From Enterobacteria phage Aplg8, in sequence record NC_054902.1: a stretch of 64,000 nucleotides of DNA. The stretch is one strand, 5' to 3'. Below the pieces are notes generated by a model that did no database searches, had not been told where the DNA came from, and saw only the letters and a program-made list of their open reading frames with translations. Shown piece by piece: positions 20,256 through 29,239 of the stretch. The position numbers and the translations under genes were made by a program. Position 1 is the stretch's first letter; every line of letters begins with the position of its first letter.

Positions 20256-20858
20256 TTATAGATTAAATCCTTCAAAATCAAGAGTATAGATAGTGTATGT
20301 TGAATACTTTTTGTACTCATATCTATCTGCAATTTTAAATACACTTCCAGCTGGTATCATTACTTCTTGTTCATCTGAAACTAATTCCATATTACGATAA
20401 CGATGGCTATCCGGAAACTTAAAGTTTGGATTGTATTCTTTACAGCGTAGAGCTTTTATAGCATACTCCTGGAAATTGAATACCATAGGAGCTTTGAATT
20501 CAAAAATAACTTGTGTGTTGTATTCTAATCCAGAAGCAAAATGTAGAGCTATATTTTTATCATATGAAGCTGATACTACTTTATCAAATGTAATAATATC
20601 AATTCCTTGATTTAACACCTGCTTAGTCTCAACTGGAACACCTCTCCAAAGAGGTTTATCGTTTGGAACCAAACGAGATTTGATTATTTCATTTAACCAA
20701 GTATGGTCATCTGGCTTATTAGTAATACAATGAATTAAAAGTTCAATTTCAGATAAATTAAACCCTTCAGAAAGTAATTCTTCACGAATAGAAGCACGCA
20801 CCGATGCATCCATTGATTTTATTTTAAAATCTTTTAGTTGCATTACTGAGTATTTCAT
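20256..20858 (-). CDS. modA: ModA ADP-ribosyltransferase
   Basis: 200 aa; tandem with 207-aa paralogue; position srd-modA-modB as in T4. Confidence 0.7.
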   Translation of the reverse strand: MKYSVMQLKDFKIKSMDASVRASIREELLSEGFNLSEIELLIHCITNKPDDHTWLNEIIKSRLVPNDKPLWRGVPVETKQVLNQGIDIITFDKVVSASYDKNIALHFASGLEYNTQVIFEFKAPMVFNFQEYAIKALRCKEYNPNFKFPDSHRYRNMELVSDEQEVMIPAGSVFKIADRYEYKKYSTYTIYTLDFEGFNL

Positions 20859-21478
20859 TCAACTACCTCAATATCATAAACTTTAAATGTTCCAAATGAA
20901 TCGTGTAATTTTTCTTTTGAAATAGAAGTTATTTTATACTTTCCAATTGGAATCATCCATTCTTGTTCATGTGCAATCATCATTAAGTTATCAGTACGTT
21001 CTGAATCTAATCCATCAGTATCTTCATATGTATACTTAAACTCAGTATTAGGAGAAGAAAGTATAATATCGCTGATATGGTCAGAGTAATTAAAAGCTTT
21101 ATCCGTTTTTAAGCGAAGTACTATTTCAGTGAAATATTCAGCATAAGAAAAAGAACACGCTGTATGCAAACTAGTAGTAAATGAATCTACTCTGTTCGTT
21201 GAAAACACTTCTCCAACTTGTAAATCTTTAATGAGTTCTTTTGTCGATTTTGATATACCACGATATAGCTGATACGGCGATTTAGTTAAATGCTTTTTAA
21301 CGATTTTATTCAACTGTTGGTGAAGAGCTTCATTCTTTTTGGCTTCCATACATTGCCAAAGAACTGACTGTTCAAAGTCAGTAAATTTTTCACAGACCTT
21401 TTTATACATATCATATTGAAAATCAACACTTTCAGCTTTTATAGATAGCTGTTCAACATCTGCAAGATTAATAATCAT
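20855..21478 (-). CDS. modB: ModB ADP-ribosyltransferase
   Basis: 207 aa; overlaps modA by 4 nt. Confidence 0.7.
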   Translation of the reverse strand: MIINLADVEQLSIKAESVDFQYDMYKKVCEKFTDFEQSVLWQCMEAKKNEALHQQLNKIVKKHLTKSPYQLYRGISKSTKELIKDLQVGEVFSTNRVDSFTTSLHTACSFSYAEYFTEIVLRLKTDKAFNYSDHISDIILSSPNTEFKYTYEDTDGLDSERTDNLMMIAHEQEWMIPIGKYKITSISKEKLHDSFGTFKVYDIEVVE

Positions 21479-21545
21479 GATAGCCTCCGTATACTTCAGA
21501 AGCTATCATATCATTGTTAGGAAGGAAAGTAAACAACTTTTTGAA

Positions 21546-21728
21546 TTATTTTGCCCAGGGAGCCCAGGGCGGAGGGTCAAGATGGTATGAAGCTAGTTCT
21601 TCTAGAAGAGCATCTGGGGCTTCAATTCCATAATTCTGTAATACTATACGGTATTCTTTCTTATAATCACTAGAATCATTCTGGATATTCGTAGAATGAT
21701 TATCTTCTAACATCTCAAATAAATCCAT
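21546..21728 (-). CDS. hypothetical protein
   Basis: 60-aa ORF. Confidence 0.4.
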   Translation of the reverse strand: MDLFEMLEDNHSTNIQNDSSDYKKEYRIVLQNYGIEAPDALLEELASYHLDPPPWAPWAK

Positions 21729-21736
21729 ACTAATTC

Positions 21737-22207
21737 CTAGCGATAAAAACCAAATTGACGATTAGCTTCAATAATCTTTCTTTCTTCTTCGGACATTCTC
21801 CAACGTAGTCCAACATCAAAATGAGCCCAGACCATCTTAACAAATGCATTTATATCTTTAATATCTTCAATAATGAATGTTTTACTTTTAGAAGGTTGAC
21901 TCGCTAATTTAACTTTATCGTCTTCAAACATGTCAAAAAGACCATATTCATGAGCTCTTTTATAGCCTTTAATAGTTAAAGCTTCAGAAGAAGAAAATGG
22001 TGAATCTGTATTCTGCAAAATATCTTCAGTATGCTTTATAATTAGAATAATATTTTCTGGATATTTTCTTTCTTTTATATCTTTAATTAAAATATCCGGA
22101 TTTTCTGCTAAAGGAATAATTAACGAGCATTTTTTATCAAGTGTATTTACTGATTTACCTTCTTTAGACATAAATCCTATTGAATACAGTTTTGCTACTT
22201 CAATCAT
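21737..22207 (-). CDS. hypothetical protein
   Basis: 156-aa ORF. Confidence 0.5.
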   Translation of the reverse strand: MIEVAKLYSIGFMSKEGKSVNTLDKKCSLIIPLAENPDILIKDIKERKYPENIILIIKHTEDILQNTDSPFSSSEALTIKGYKRAHEYGLFDMFEDDKVKLASQPSKSKTFIIEDIKDINAFVKMVWAHFDVGLRWRMSEEERKIIEANRQFGFYR

Positions 22208-22364
22208 GTGATTTCCTCTTGCCTACTAATGGACCATCAGGAATTTTGTTTTCCTGGATATATTTCTCATTTTCTTCCATCATTTTACTACCGATTTTAA
22301 GAAGCAAATCTAAGGCTTCATTTGCTTTATCCTTAGCCTCTTCTAACGTCATGTTCTTGTTCAT
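22200..22364 (-). CDS. small hypothetical protein (54 aa)
   Basis: hand-translated [27 protein letters not shown]...; ATGA overlaps at both ends. Confidence 0.4.
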   Translation of the reverse strand: MNKNMTLEEAKDKANEALDLLLKIGSKMMEENEKYIQENKIPDGPLVGKRKSHD

Positions 22365-22564
22365 GATTTATCCCCATAGATGTCTCTCATCAATTTAAGC
22401 ACTGAGCGTTCTAATTTCTTTTCTTTCTCAGCACTAATCATTGATTTCATCCATTCTTCTGATTCGTTCTGCATTTCTTTATTTGCCTGTTCAACCCAAC
22501 CATCATCAATATACATTGAGTTTGGTCTACTGAACCATTCAAGCATCTTCTTCAGAACTTTCAT
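22361..22564 (-). CDS. hypothetical protein
   Basis: 67-aa ORF. Confidence 0.45.
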   Translation of the reverse strand: MKVLKKMLEWFSRPNSMYIDDGWVEQANKEMQNESEEWMKSMISAEKEKKLERSVLKLMRDIYGDKS

Positions 22565-23024
22565 TTGTTTTACCTAAAACAATAGTAGGAGCATCGTCAA
22601 ATTCATGAATTTTTAGCAATTTTGGATTTAAATTATTCCATACATAATAAATAAAGTATGATAAAGCATCTTCACTCGCAATTATAAATTTATTTCCTTC
22701 ATTTATTTTCCAGTCATATACTGAATCGTACGAATAAAAAGATAAAGGATTACCATTATATTGTTCTGCGCTAACATTAATGTATTCGGATTTAGTAAAT
22801 GCTTCAATTGCTCTAAACGGACTATTTGGCACAGTTTCAATAATTCCGATCTTTTTAAGTTTTATTTCAACATCTTCTGGAACTGGCATTGAAACGAAAT
22901 TTTCTACGAGATACATAGGGTTACAATAACCCCTATCAATCACTACGGCTACAGTAATTGGAACATCTTTAGCAAACGACATGCTATTACTGCTAATATA
23001 CATTTCAAACAAAATCGCTTCCAT
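22539..23024 (-). CDS. mrh: Mrh-like protein
   Basis: 161 aa from MEAILFEMY with GAGGAAAA SD; length equals T4 Mrh. Confidence 0.45.
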   Translation of the reverse strand: MEAILFEMYISSNSMSFAKDVPITVAVVIDRGYCNPMYLVENFVSMPVPEDVEIKLKKIGIIETVPNSPFRAIEAFTKSEYINVSAEQYNGNPLSFYSYDSVYDWKINEGNKFIIASEDALSYFIYYVWNNLNPKLLKIHEFDDAPTIVLGKTNESSEEDA

Positions 23025-23032
23025 AATTTTCC

Positions 23033-23374
23033 TCAATCGCAAGATGTAGATGAACAACCAGAATCACAAGAACTTCCACATGAATCACCTGCCCATACAT
23101 GAACAGGAACATTGGTGTCATATGAATCAGAACTAGACTGTGTATTTTGTGTGTTAGATGATGCAGTAGGTGTTGACCAGCGCCAAGGATTTTTATAATA
23201 TTCTTGGGCTTCTTCATAAGTCATAGTAACTGCTTCTACTGTTCCATCTCCCATATAAACATACTCAACTACAGTTAAAGGAAGGTAGTCATTTGAAATA
23301 GGAACTACACCTTCTCCAGGAGTCGTAGAGAAAAAATCCGTAAAGAAACTTTTAAACCAATTAAAAATAAACAT
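23033..23374 (-). CDS. hypothetical protein with Cys/Ser-rich C-terminal tail
   Basis: 113 aa ending ...[20 protein letters not shown]. Confidence 0.5.
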   Translation of the reverse strand: MFIFNWFKSFFTDFFSTTPGEGVVPISNDYLPLTVVEYVYMGDGTVEAVTMTYEEAQEYYKNPWRWSTPTASSNTQNTQSSSDSYDTNVPVHVWAGDSCGSSCDSGCSSTSCD

Positions 23375-23580
23375 TACAAAAAGCCTCTTTTGAATTCGAC
23401 TTGCTTCTCACCATAATCATATCGAATCTCTGCATTAAATTCGACAGAACCATCTGCGTACATCATAAATGAATGCACAACAACTTCTGTAGACCATGGT
23501 TGTAGTTCATATTTCTTCATTACATGCCGTGAAATGATAATATCTAAATCTTCATTTGGTTTAATCCAACGATTTAACAT
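23374..23580 (-). CDS. hypothetical protein
   Basis: 68-aa ORF downstream of an early promoter (GTTTAC...TATAAT at about 23595..23630). Confidence 0.5.
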   Translation of the reverse strand: MLNRWIKPNEDLDIIISRHVMKKYELQPWSTEVVVHSFMMYADGSVEFNAEIRYDYGEKQVEFKRGFL

Positions 23581-23644
23581 AGTGCTCTCCTCTATAAGAT
23601 AATTCTATTATACCATACTCATTTTGGAAAGTAAACCATTTAAA

Positions 23645-23671
23645 TGAAAAAAGGACTCCCGAAGGAGTCCT
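23645..23671 (-). terminator. intrinsic terminator after soc
   Basis: hairpin aggactcc-cgaa-ggagtcct 23652..23671 followed on mRNA by UUUUUU. Confidence 0.6.
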
Positions 23672-23676
23672 TGAAT

Positions 23677-23922
23677 TTATTCACCAGTTACTTTCCACAA
23701 ATCTTCATTTGCAGCAATCCATTCAGTACGTTGATTTTCTTCATATACTGTAGAATATGCTGCTTTTTCTGAAGGGAATGTCTGATAATGAGCACCAGAA
23801 ATTTTGTGAACGTCAGAATAAAGAGGGAAAGCTACAGAAATTTCCTTTCCTTCAATTTTCTTATTTCCATCTAATTTCTGCTCAAATGTTTTGATATTAA
23901 CATAACCGCGAGTACTAGCCAT
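23677..23922 (-). CDS. soc: Soc small outer capsid protein
   Basis: MASTRGYVNIKTFEQKLDGNKKIEGKEISVAFPLYSD... recognised as T4 Soc; 81 codons. Confidence 0.93.
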   Translation of the reverse strand: MASTRGYVNIKTFEQKLDGNKKIEGKEISVAFPLYSDVHKISGAHYQTFPSEKAAYSTVYEENQRTEWIAANEDLWKVTGE

Positions 23923-23935
23923 GTAATTCTCCTTT

Positions 23936-23943
23936 TATTTAAA
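23936..23943 (-). promoter_or_regulatory. late promoter-like TTTAAATA box upstream of soc
   Basis: minus-strand TTTAAATAAAAGGAGAATTACATG; one mismatch to the TATAAATA late consensus. Confidence 0.45.
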
Positions 23944-24148
23944 TTACATGATTATTTATAATAAATTCTCGCGGAACGTTAAAATACCCAATTTTAGTTA
24001 ATATAACAATATCGCCGTTAATAATTACCGGAGAATAATCGGCTGGAGCATTAAATTTCCAATGGGCTCTAATATTATATCCATCAGAACCAAATGCTCG
24101 ACTAGCCGGTCTCCCGGCTTTTTGCCACGCGTAGAAATCAAATTTCAT
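23939..24148 (-). CDS. hypothetical protein (soc.1 position)
   Basis: 69-aa ORF between soc and 56, where T4 carries segF. Confidence 0.5.
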   Translation of the reverse strand: MKFDFYAWQKAGRPASRAFGSDGYNIRAHWKFNAPADYSPVIINGDIVILTKIGYFNVPREFIINNHVI

Positions 24149-24339
24149 TTTGAATGATCTATAATTAATTTTAAATCTTCTTCACTGACAAAAATTTCGT
24201 CAGGACCTTCTATAACTTCAACCATACGAAGTTGATTAGTTAAGAGCTCACATACGAGCTCCTTGTTATAATCTTTAAATAGCTGGTCAATACGTTTCTT
24301 GCGGGCTTTCTTAAGCTGGCGTTTATTTAAACGAGCCAT
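24145..24339 (-). CDS. hypothetical protein (soc.2 position)
   Basis: 64-aa ORF. Confidence 0.5.
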   Translation of the reverse strand: MARLNKRQLKKARKKRIDQLFKDYNKELVCELLTNQLRMVEVIEGPDEIFVSEEDLKLIIDHSK

Positions 24340-24857
24340 TAATAGCCTCTGTCTTGACGAGCGAAGTTTTCAGCATTTTTCAGATAATAAAGTTTAAATA
24401 TTTCTTCAGCTGACATTCCAAGAGCAATGAATTTATTCATGAAAAAGTGAAATTGATCAATCAGTTCAAATTTAATTTCAAGTTGATCTTCAGGAGATAA
24501 ATCTTGAATTTTCTTGGATTGCATTTCAGAATAACGTTTCTTCCAAGGTTTCCATACAGCAGAAGCTTCTTTTTCACCATTACTCATACCACCAAGAGAA
24601 GTATATAGCTCGCGAGTTTCGTCTGCGATATAATCGTCTTGGTTTCGCAGCCAAGCAAGAACTTCTCCTGCAGTTTCAAGTGAATCAGGATGACGATTTG
24701 TTTCTGGTTTATCATTAGCCAAACGAATCTGTAAATGCCGCTGCATATCAAGCATAACCTGCAGTGGGTCAATATTGTGCATAATATTCTCAGCATATGC
24801 ACGATTTGCTTTATCAACACCTTCGATCAAATGAGCACATTCATTAAAGTAAGCCAT
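24339..24857 (-). CDS. 56: gp56 dCTPase/dUTPase (MazG-like NTP pyrophosphatase)
   Basis: 172 codons from MAYFNECAHLIEG; MazG-like motifs; C-terminus ...YYLKNAENFARQDRGY. Confidence 0.85.
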   Translation of the reverse strand: MAYFNECAHLIEGVDKANRAYAENIMHNIDPLQVMLDMQRHLQIRLANDKPETNRHPDSLETAGEVLAWLRNQDDYIADETRELYTSLGGMSNGEKEASAVWKPWKKRYSEMQSKKIQDLSPEDQLEIKFELIDQFHFFMNKFIALGMSAEEIFKLYYLKNAENFARQDRGY

Positions 24858-24891
24858 TATTTTTCCTTTCAATTCATGGGTTAGTAGATTA

Positions 24892-24917
24892 ATTATACAA
24901 TAAATATATAAAGCAAT
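24892..24917 (-). promoter_or_regulatory. MotA-dependent middle promoter for gene 56
   Basis: minus-strand ATTGCTTTA (perfect MotA box) - 11 bp - TATAAT. Confidence 0.65.
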
Positions 24918-24928
24918 AAGGAGGACAT

Positions 24929-25129
24929 ATGATACAAAAATTAATGGCACTTGTTAATGCCATAAAAGGTAATAAGAAACGTATAGCTTTTACTATTTCT
25001 GCTATGGTAGGAATTTTACTCTGGAACTTTATTTTATCACCTGTTGCAATTGCACATGGTATTAATATTCCAGTAGTTACTCTTGATACATTCGTAGATT
25101 TAGCATTTGCTTTAGTTGGGTTAATTTAA
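24929..25129 (+). CDS. small hydrophobic protein (66 aa), plus-strand
   Basis: AAGGAGG SD 5 nt before ATG; AATAAATA late-promoter-like box at 24897..24904; two hydrophobic segments; fills otherwise non-coding 56-61 gap. Confidence 0.5.
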   Translation: MIQKLMALVNAIKGNKKRIAFTISAMVGILLWNFILSPVAIAHGINIPVVTLDTFVDLAFALVGLI

Positions 25130-26154
25130 ATCTTAGCATATTTAGATAACCTCATTTTAGCCATCAACCCCTGGGCAATATTATTTTTCATATATTCCAT
25201 AATTTGTTCAGGGGTTGCACCTTCCTTTCTAATCATATCATTAACATCTTTTGATTTCCAGGGAGATTTATCCCAAAACATAACTCTTTCTCCTGCATCA
25301 ACTAATTTAGTCATTCGTTTGATAGTGTCAGGATGACGAGGTTCATTATCTAAAACCCACACACGTCTATCTTTAAATGGAACAACTTCTAGGTCTAATT
25401 GACCACCCGTAATAGCTATACCATTTTCAATAAAAAGTGAATCTATAGGTCCTTCTAGAACATATACATCACCATCTTTAACTCGTTCGACTCCATAGAT
25501 TTTTGTTGCTTCAGGATAAGCTTTGATGGTGATATATTTTTGGGGAGCATCTTTCTTTAATGCACGTCCTTGAAAAGACTCAGCTTTTCCATTAGCATTA
25601 TAAATTGGAATAACAAGACGAGGCTCAGAAATTTCCTTTTTGTATGTTCCCGGTGCTATGCTATTAACTAATTTAGGCCATTCGGTTGTAAACCAAAGAT
25701 ATTTCCATTTATCCTTTGGAATACAACGAGCTTTTACATATTTTATAATTGGATGGTCTTCCGCCAGTTTATCTAATCTAACACATGACGGAAGAGATTT
25801 AATTATTTTCTTCTCAGGTTGCTTAGGAAGTTCTTTAGGTTTTTCTACTGGACGACTTTTACCTTTTTCTTTTCTTATTTCAAAGATATACTCACGATAT
25901 AAATCAGGTTCAAACTCCTTTAAATATATTCCGATTGGTGCATGATAATTACAGTTATAACAATGAATATTTCCTTCATTATTATCACCATAATACCATC
26001 CACGAGCTTTATTCTGGTCGGTTTTTGAATCTCCACAAACAGGACATCTAAACCGCAATTTAAAAGTTGAACTATTATTTACTTGTGTGAATTTAGGTAA
26101 ATGAGCTAATGCACGGTATGCAAACTCATTATCAATCCAAGGTATTGATGACAT
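25126..26154 (-). CDS. 61: gp61 DNA primase
   Basis: 342 aa (T4 gp61 length); N-terminal zinc ribbon CPVCGD...CYNC; Toprim-like core. Confidence 0.9.
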   Translation of the reverse strand: MSSIPWIDNEFAYRALAHLPKFTQVNNSSTFKLRFRCPVCGDSKTDQNKARGWYYGDNNEGNIHCYNCNYHAPIGIYLKEFEPDLYREYIFEIRKEKGKSRPVEKPKELPKQPEKKIIKSLPSCVRLDKLAEDHPIIKYVKARCIPKDKWKYLWFTTEWPKLVNSIAPGTYKKEISEPRLVIPIYNANGKAESFQGRALKKDAPQKYITIKAYPEATKIYGVERVKDGDVYVLEGPIDSLFIENGIAITGGQLDLEVVPFKDRRVWVLDNEPRHPDTIKRMTKLVDAGERVMFWDKSPWKSKDVNDMIRKEGATPEQIMEYMKNNIAQGLMAKMRLSKYAKI

Positions 26155-26156
26155 TT

Positions 26157-26321
26157 TTACTCTTCTTTTTCTTTAGATTCCTCTTTCTTCTTTTTAGGAA
26201 TCTGTTCAGGACCTTTATTTACTACAGCACCTGACGTTGTTCCAGTAGAGATATTTTCAGGATTACCGCCTGAATCTCCAGCGACCATATCTTCTTTAAT
26301 AAATTCTTTATATGTTTTCAT
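26157..26321 (-). CDS. hypothetical protein (61.1 position), 54 aa
   Basis: hand-translated MKTYKEFIKEDMVAGDSGGNPEN...KKKKEESKEKEE. Confidence 0.45.
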   Translation of the reverse strand: MKTYKEFIKEDMVAGDSGGNPENISTGTTSGAVVNKGPEQIPKKKKEESKEKEE

Positions 26322-26322
26322 A

Positions 26323-26949
26323 TTAACCTCTATTCATAAAAGCATTAAAAATTTGGTCATCAATAGAAACATTTACTTTAGACTGTTTTTCAGATGGCAA
26401 TTCATATCCACATATTACAATTTTGTGATCAATATCAAAATATACAGAAGCAATATGATTAATGATGTTTTCAGTAAAGTCTAAATCAACATCAATATCT
26501 TTTTGACCACAGCCCAAAGGATAAATAATGCGAGTAATTCGATTATCTTTAACAAAGATTCCACCGACATACTCTGTACTGCGTTTAAAGTCTACACGCC
26601 GACGAAATGAAAAATATTCAGGCTCTTTATGAGCTCGGCTCATAGGACACAACGAATAACTAGAATAAGAGATGTCAAATCCTACGCCTTCGATATGAGC
26701 CAAAGTGTCATGATTAAACCAATTATAATCGTACGCCAAATCCATTAGATTATAATATGTAAAAGGCACCGGATTAACATCATTAGTCACAAGCATGTAA
26801 TTAGCAACTGCTATAATTTCATTGTTTTTAACGAATACAAACCGTGATTGATGCGAATGACCTGGACCCGCGTTTTCACGATTAATGATATAACACTGGG
26901 CACCTTTATATTTGTATGTATCTTTGCACTTGTGCATTTGATAGAGCAT
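26323..26949 (-). CDS. hypothetical protein at the T4 61.2 position (possibly AdfA-like anti-DarT factor)
   Basis: 208-aa ORF; assignment positional only. Confidence 0.55.
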   Translation of the reverse strand: MLYQMHKCKDTYKYKGAQCYIINRENAGPGHSHQSRFVFVKNNEIIAVANYMLVTNDVNPVPFTYYNLMDLAYDYNWFNHDTLAHIEGVGFDISYSSYSLCPMSRAHKEPEYFSFRRRVDFKRSTEYVGGIFVKDNRITRIIYPLGCGQKDIDVDLDFTENIINHIASVYFDIDHKIVICGYELPSEKQSKVNVSIDDQIFNAFMNRG

Positions 26950-27242
26950 TATTCACCTACCACTTCAGCGATGATATTTTTGTTATTAAAGTTTTTATCG
27001 CAATACAGAACATAATTATACTGCATTACACCACCAGACTTAAGTTGTTTTTGCACTTCAGCTTTCATTTCAGGACGATCACGCTCAACGATATTCATAA
27101 TATCCGCTTCAATTTGAGTTTCAACTTCAGTCTGATCCGCAGTCATAGACCATTCGCACAAATCTTTATCATAACCTGCCATAGCAGGCTGAGCAGCGCA
27201 AGAAGCTAAAGCAAAAATTGTAGCAAAGATAAATTTTTTCAT
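26949..27242 (-). CDS. sp: Sp (spackle) periplasmic protein
   Basis: 97 aa with N-terminal signal peptide MKKFIFATIFALASCAAQPAMA; matches T4 Sp size and position. Confidence 0.75.
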   Translation of the reverse strand: MKKFIFATIFALASCAAQPAMAGYDKDLCEWSMTADQTEVETQIEADIMNIVERDRPEMKAEVQKQLKSGGVMQYNYVLYCDKNFNNKNIIAEVVGE

Positions 27243-27270
27243 GATAATCTCCTCAGTAGTTTATGTTTAT

Positions 27271-27300
27271 ATAGTATCTCAATTTCCAACAAAAGTAAAC
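27271..27300 (-). promoter_or_regulatory. early promoter
   Basis: GTTTAC (27300..27295) - 18 bp - TACTAT (27276..27271). Confidence 0.55.
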
Positions 27301-27302
27301 AG

Positions 27303-27557
27303 TTATTTTAAAATTTCTGCGTAATCACATGTTACAAACTGTTTCTCTAGCTTGACGATTTTACGAAAGTATCTTTTACATTGACGAATCTGTCGCTTAG
27401 TAGGGCGCACAGCAAACTTAATAAATTCCACTCGACCAAATGGAGGGCTTTCTTCTGATGGAATATCTAACACCAATTCCCACGTATCTGCAATAAGTGC
27501 TTTGAATTGCGTATTTTTCCTGACGTTATACGGAGTAGGTTTAAATAAAACAATATG
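27303..27557 (-). CDS. hypothetical protein at the T4 61.4 position (possibly TifA-like)
   Basis: 84 aa from MHIVLFKPT with GAGGA SD; lies between sp and dmd. Confidence 0.5.
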   Translation of the reverse strand, partial: HIVLFKPTPYNVRKNTQFKALIADTWELVLDIPSEESPPFGRVEFIKFAVRPTKRQIRQCKRYFRKIVKLEKQFVTCDYAEILK

Positions 27558-27561
27558 CATA

Positions 27562-27744
27562 TTATCCTCGGCAATCCACTTCACATACTTTCTTGTCATC
27601 AATGAAAGCTTTAACTAATGCTTTATTAACTTCAGCATATTGAGTAGTAGCCCATTGAACGTCATCTTTCATCATTGTGGTTTCTTTAGTAAACATGCTT
27701 TCATTCTTAAACCACCCCATAAAAACTACCTTTACCAATTCCAT
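27562..27744 (-). CDS. dmd: Dmd, antitoxin against host RnlA/LsoA
   Basis: 60 aa, MELVKVVFMGWFKNESMFTKE...; size and position immediately below gene 41 match T4 dmd. Confidence 0.8.
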   Translation of the reverse strand: MELVKVVFMGWFKNESMFTKETTMMKDDVQWATTQYAEVNKALVKAFIDDKKVCEVDCRG

Positions 27745-27773
27745 AACAATCTCCTCATTTAACCAACAAGACT

Positions 27774-27803
27774 ACTATACCATAGTCTTGTCAGCTTGTA
27801 AAC
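27774..27803 (-). promoter_or_regulatory. early promoter overlapping gene 41 stop
   Basis: GTTTAC (27803..27798) - 18 bp - TATAGT (27779..27774). Confidence 0.55.
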
Positions 27804-29230
27804 TAAAATTTTAATTCATTCGCCAAAGCATCTAACTGAGCTCGAGTGGATTCATTTCTTTGATAGCGATTCTGCTCAGCCTGAATCTGTTGTGAACCTG
27901 CTACTTCGTTCACTTCAGTTGGAGTAGAATCTTGTTCAATTTCTACCCATTTCTGATTTCCTTTTTGAACACCCATCAAAAACTTATTCCATTTGTTCTT
28001 ATCGCCATATCGTGATTTGATTTGCTTAATGAGTTGTTGTTCAGCAGCTGCTAGCTCCTCGGTTTCAATGACCGCAAGCATAAAATCAGCTGTTGCTGGA
28101 AGACCAGCAGATTCTGCAATATCGCTCATGTTAACATCAGAAGAGTCCCAAGCTTGTTTACCGACCTGTGCTGCAGTCCAAAGAACAGTTTCGGTTTCAA
28201 CAGCAAGAGCACGCAATTCCTCTGCAATAGCTTTAACAGTTGTGTAACTATTTTCTGAATAAACTCGGATGCGACAAGATTTACAAATACCTAGATAGTC
28301 GACAATAATGATTGTTGGAACAAAATTCTTTTTGAGCTTCAATTCATTCAAGAGAGACCTGAATGTATTAGCGTCTGCTCCACCAGTAGGATACTGTTTA
28401 ACGATTAAACGACCGAGGGTAGATTTCTCACGCCATTTTTCCATTTTTCCTTTATACTCGGCGTAAGAAATATGTCCATCATCAATATCGTCAAGAGAAA
28501 CATCGAGCATATTAGCATCAATACGTTTAGCACAGACTTCTTCTGCCATTTCCATGGAGATATAAAGAACGTTATGACCAAGCTGCAAATAATCTGCTGC
28601 TAATGAACAAAGTCCTAATGATTTACCAACGTTAACGCCAGCCATTAAAACGTTCAGTGTTCCAGTCTCAGCTCCGCCTTTAGTAATTTTGTTTAGAATT
28701 CTGAGTTTAAATGGAACCTTACGAGCTTTATTCATATAAGATAGCCAACGCGCTTCGTAGTCATCCATCCAATCATGACCAACGTAACTATCAAATGAAA
28801 TTGATAATGCTTGGCGCATGATGTCAGGAATAGCACCAACATCCGGCATTTTCTTATTTCGTTTTTCCGGAGGAAGTTCAGCATTAGTTTGAATTTCGAT
28901 TATTTTAGACGTAGCATTAAACATCGCCCTTTGCTGAACATATTTTTCTGTTTCTTTTACTAACCAACTGTGGTCTTCCGGAGAATCAGCTAGTTTTGAA
29001 ATAAGTGTTTTTACACCAGAATATTCTGTTTCAGTAAATGAACTATTTTCTAATGCAACATTTAACGCATTAATAGATGGAACGCTATGGTACTCATTAA
29101 CATGAGATTTAATTAATTTGAATGTATTTTTAGCTGGACCACTTTCAAAATATTCTGAATCCATATATGGCCAAACTTTTGAAAAATAAGCTTGATCAAA
29201 TATAAGATGAGAAAGAATAATTTCTACCAC
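27803..29230 (-). CDS. 41: gp41 replicative DNA helicase (DnaB-like)
   Basis: 475 aa (T4 gp41 length); Walker A GVNVGKS; DnaB-family architecture. Confidence 0.92.
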   Translation of the reverse strand: MVEIILSHLIFDQAYFSKVWPYMDSEYFESGPAKNTFKLIKSHVNEYHSVPSINALNVALENSSFTETEYSGVKTLISKLADSPEDHSWLVKETEKYVQQRAMFNATSKIIEIQTNAELPPEKRNKKMPDVGAIPDIMRQALSISFDSYVGHDWMDDYEARWLSYMNKARKVPFKLRILNKITKGGAETGTLNVLMAGVNVGKSLGLCSLAADYLQLGHNVLYISMEMAEEVCAKRIDANMLDVSLDDIDDGHISYAEYKGKMEKWREKSTLGRLIVKQYPTGGADANTFRSLLNELKLKKNFVPTIIIVDYLGICKSCRIRVYSENSYTTVKAIAEELRALAVETETVLWTAAQVGKQAWDSSDVNMSDIAESAGLPATADFMLAVIETEELAAAEQQLIKQIKSRYGDKNKWNKFLMGVQKGNQKWVEIEQDSTPTEVNEVAGSQQIQAEQNRYQRNESTRAQLDALANELKF

Positions 29231-29239
29231 ACTTACTCC

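Noticed and set aside
23005-23217. Alternative-frame ORFs nested in larger genes (23005..23217, 24584..24820, 33653..33838, 44608..44829, 49786..50010, 31132..31335, 1391..1600, 41646..41909, 62050..62244, 34859..35050)
   Set aside because: Each overlaps a longer ORF with recognisable homology or better start context; there is no independent support.
24917-24931. The AAGGAGG-N5-ATG of the plus-strand ORF being only the complement of the minus-strand gene 56 promoter region
   Set aside because: Not fully rejected: the SD complement overlaps the MotA box edge, but the 66-codon open frame extending across an otherwise non-coding gap argues for a real gene, so it is kept as a finding with moderate confidence.
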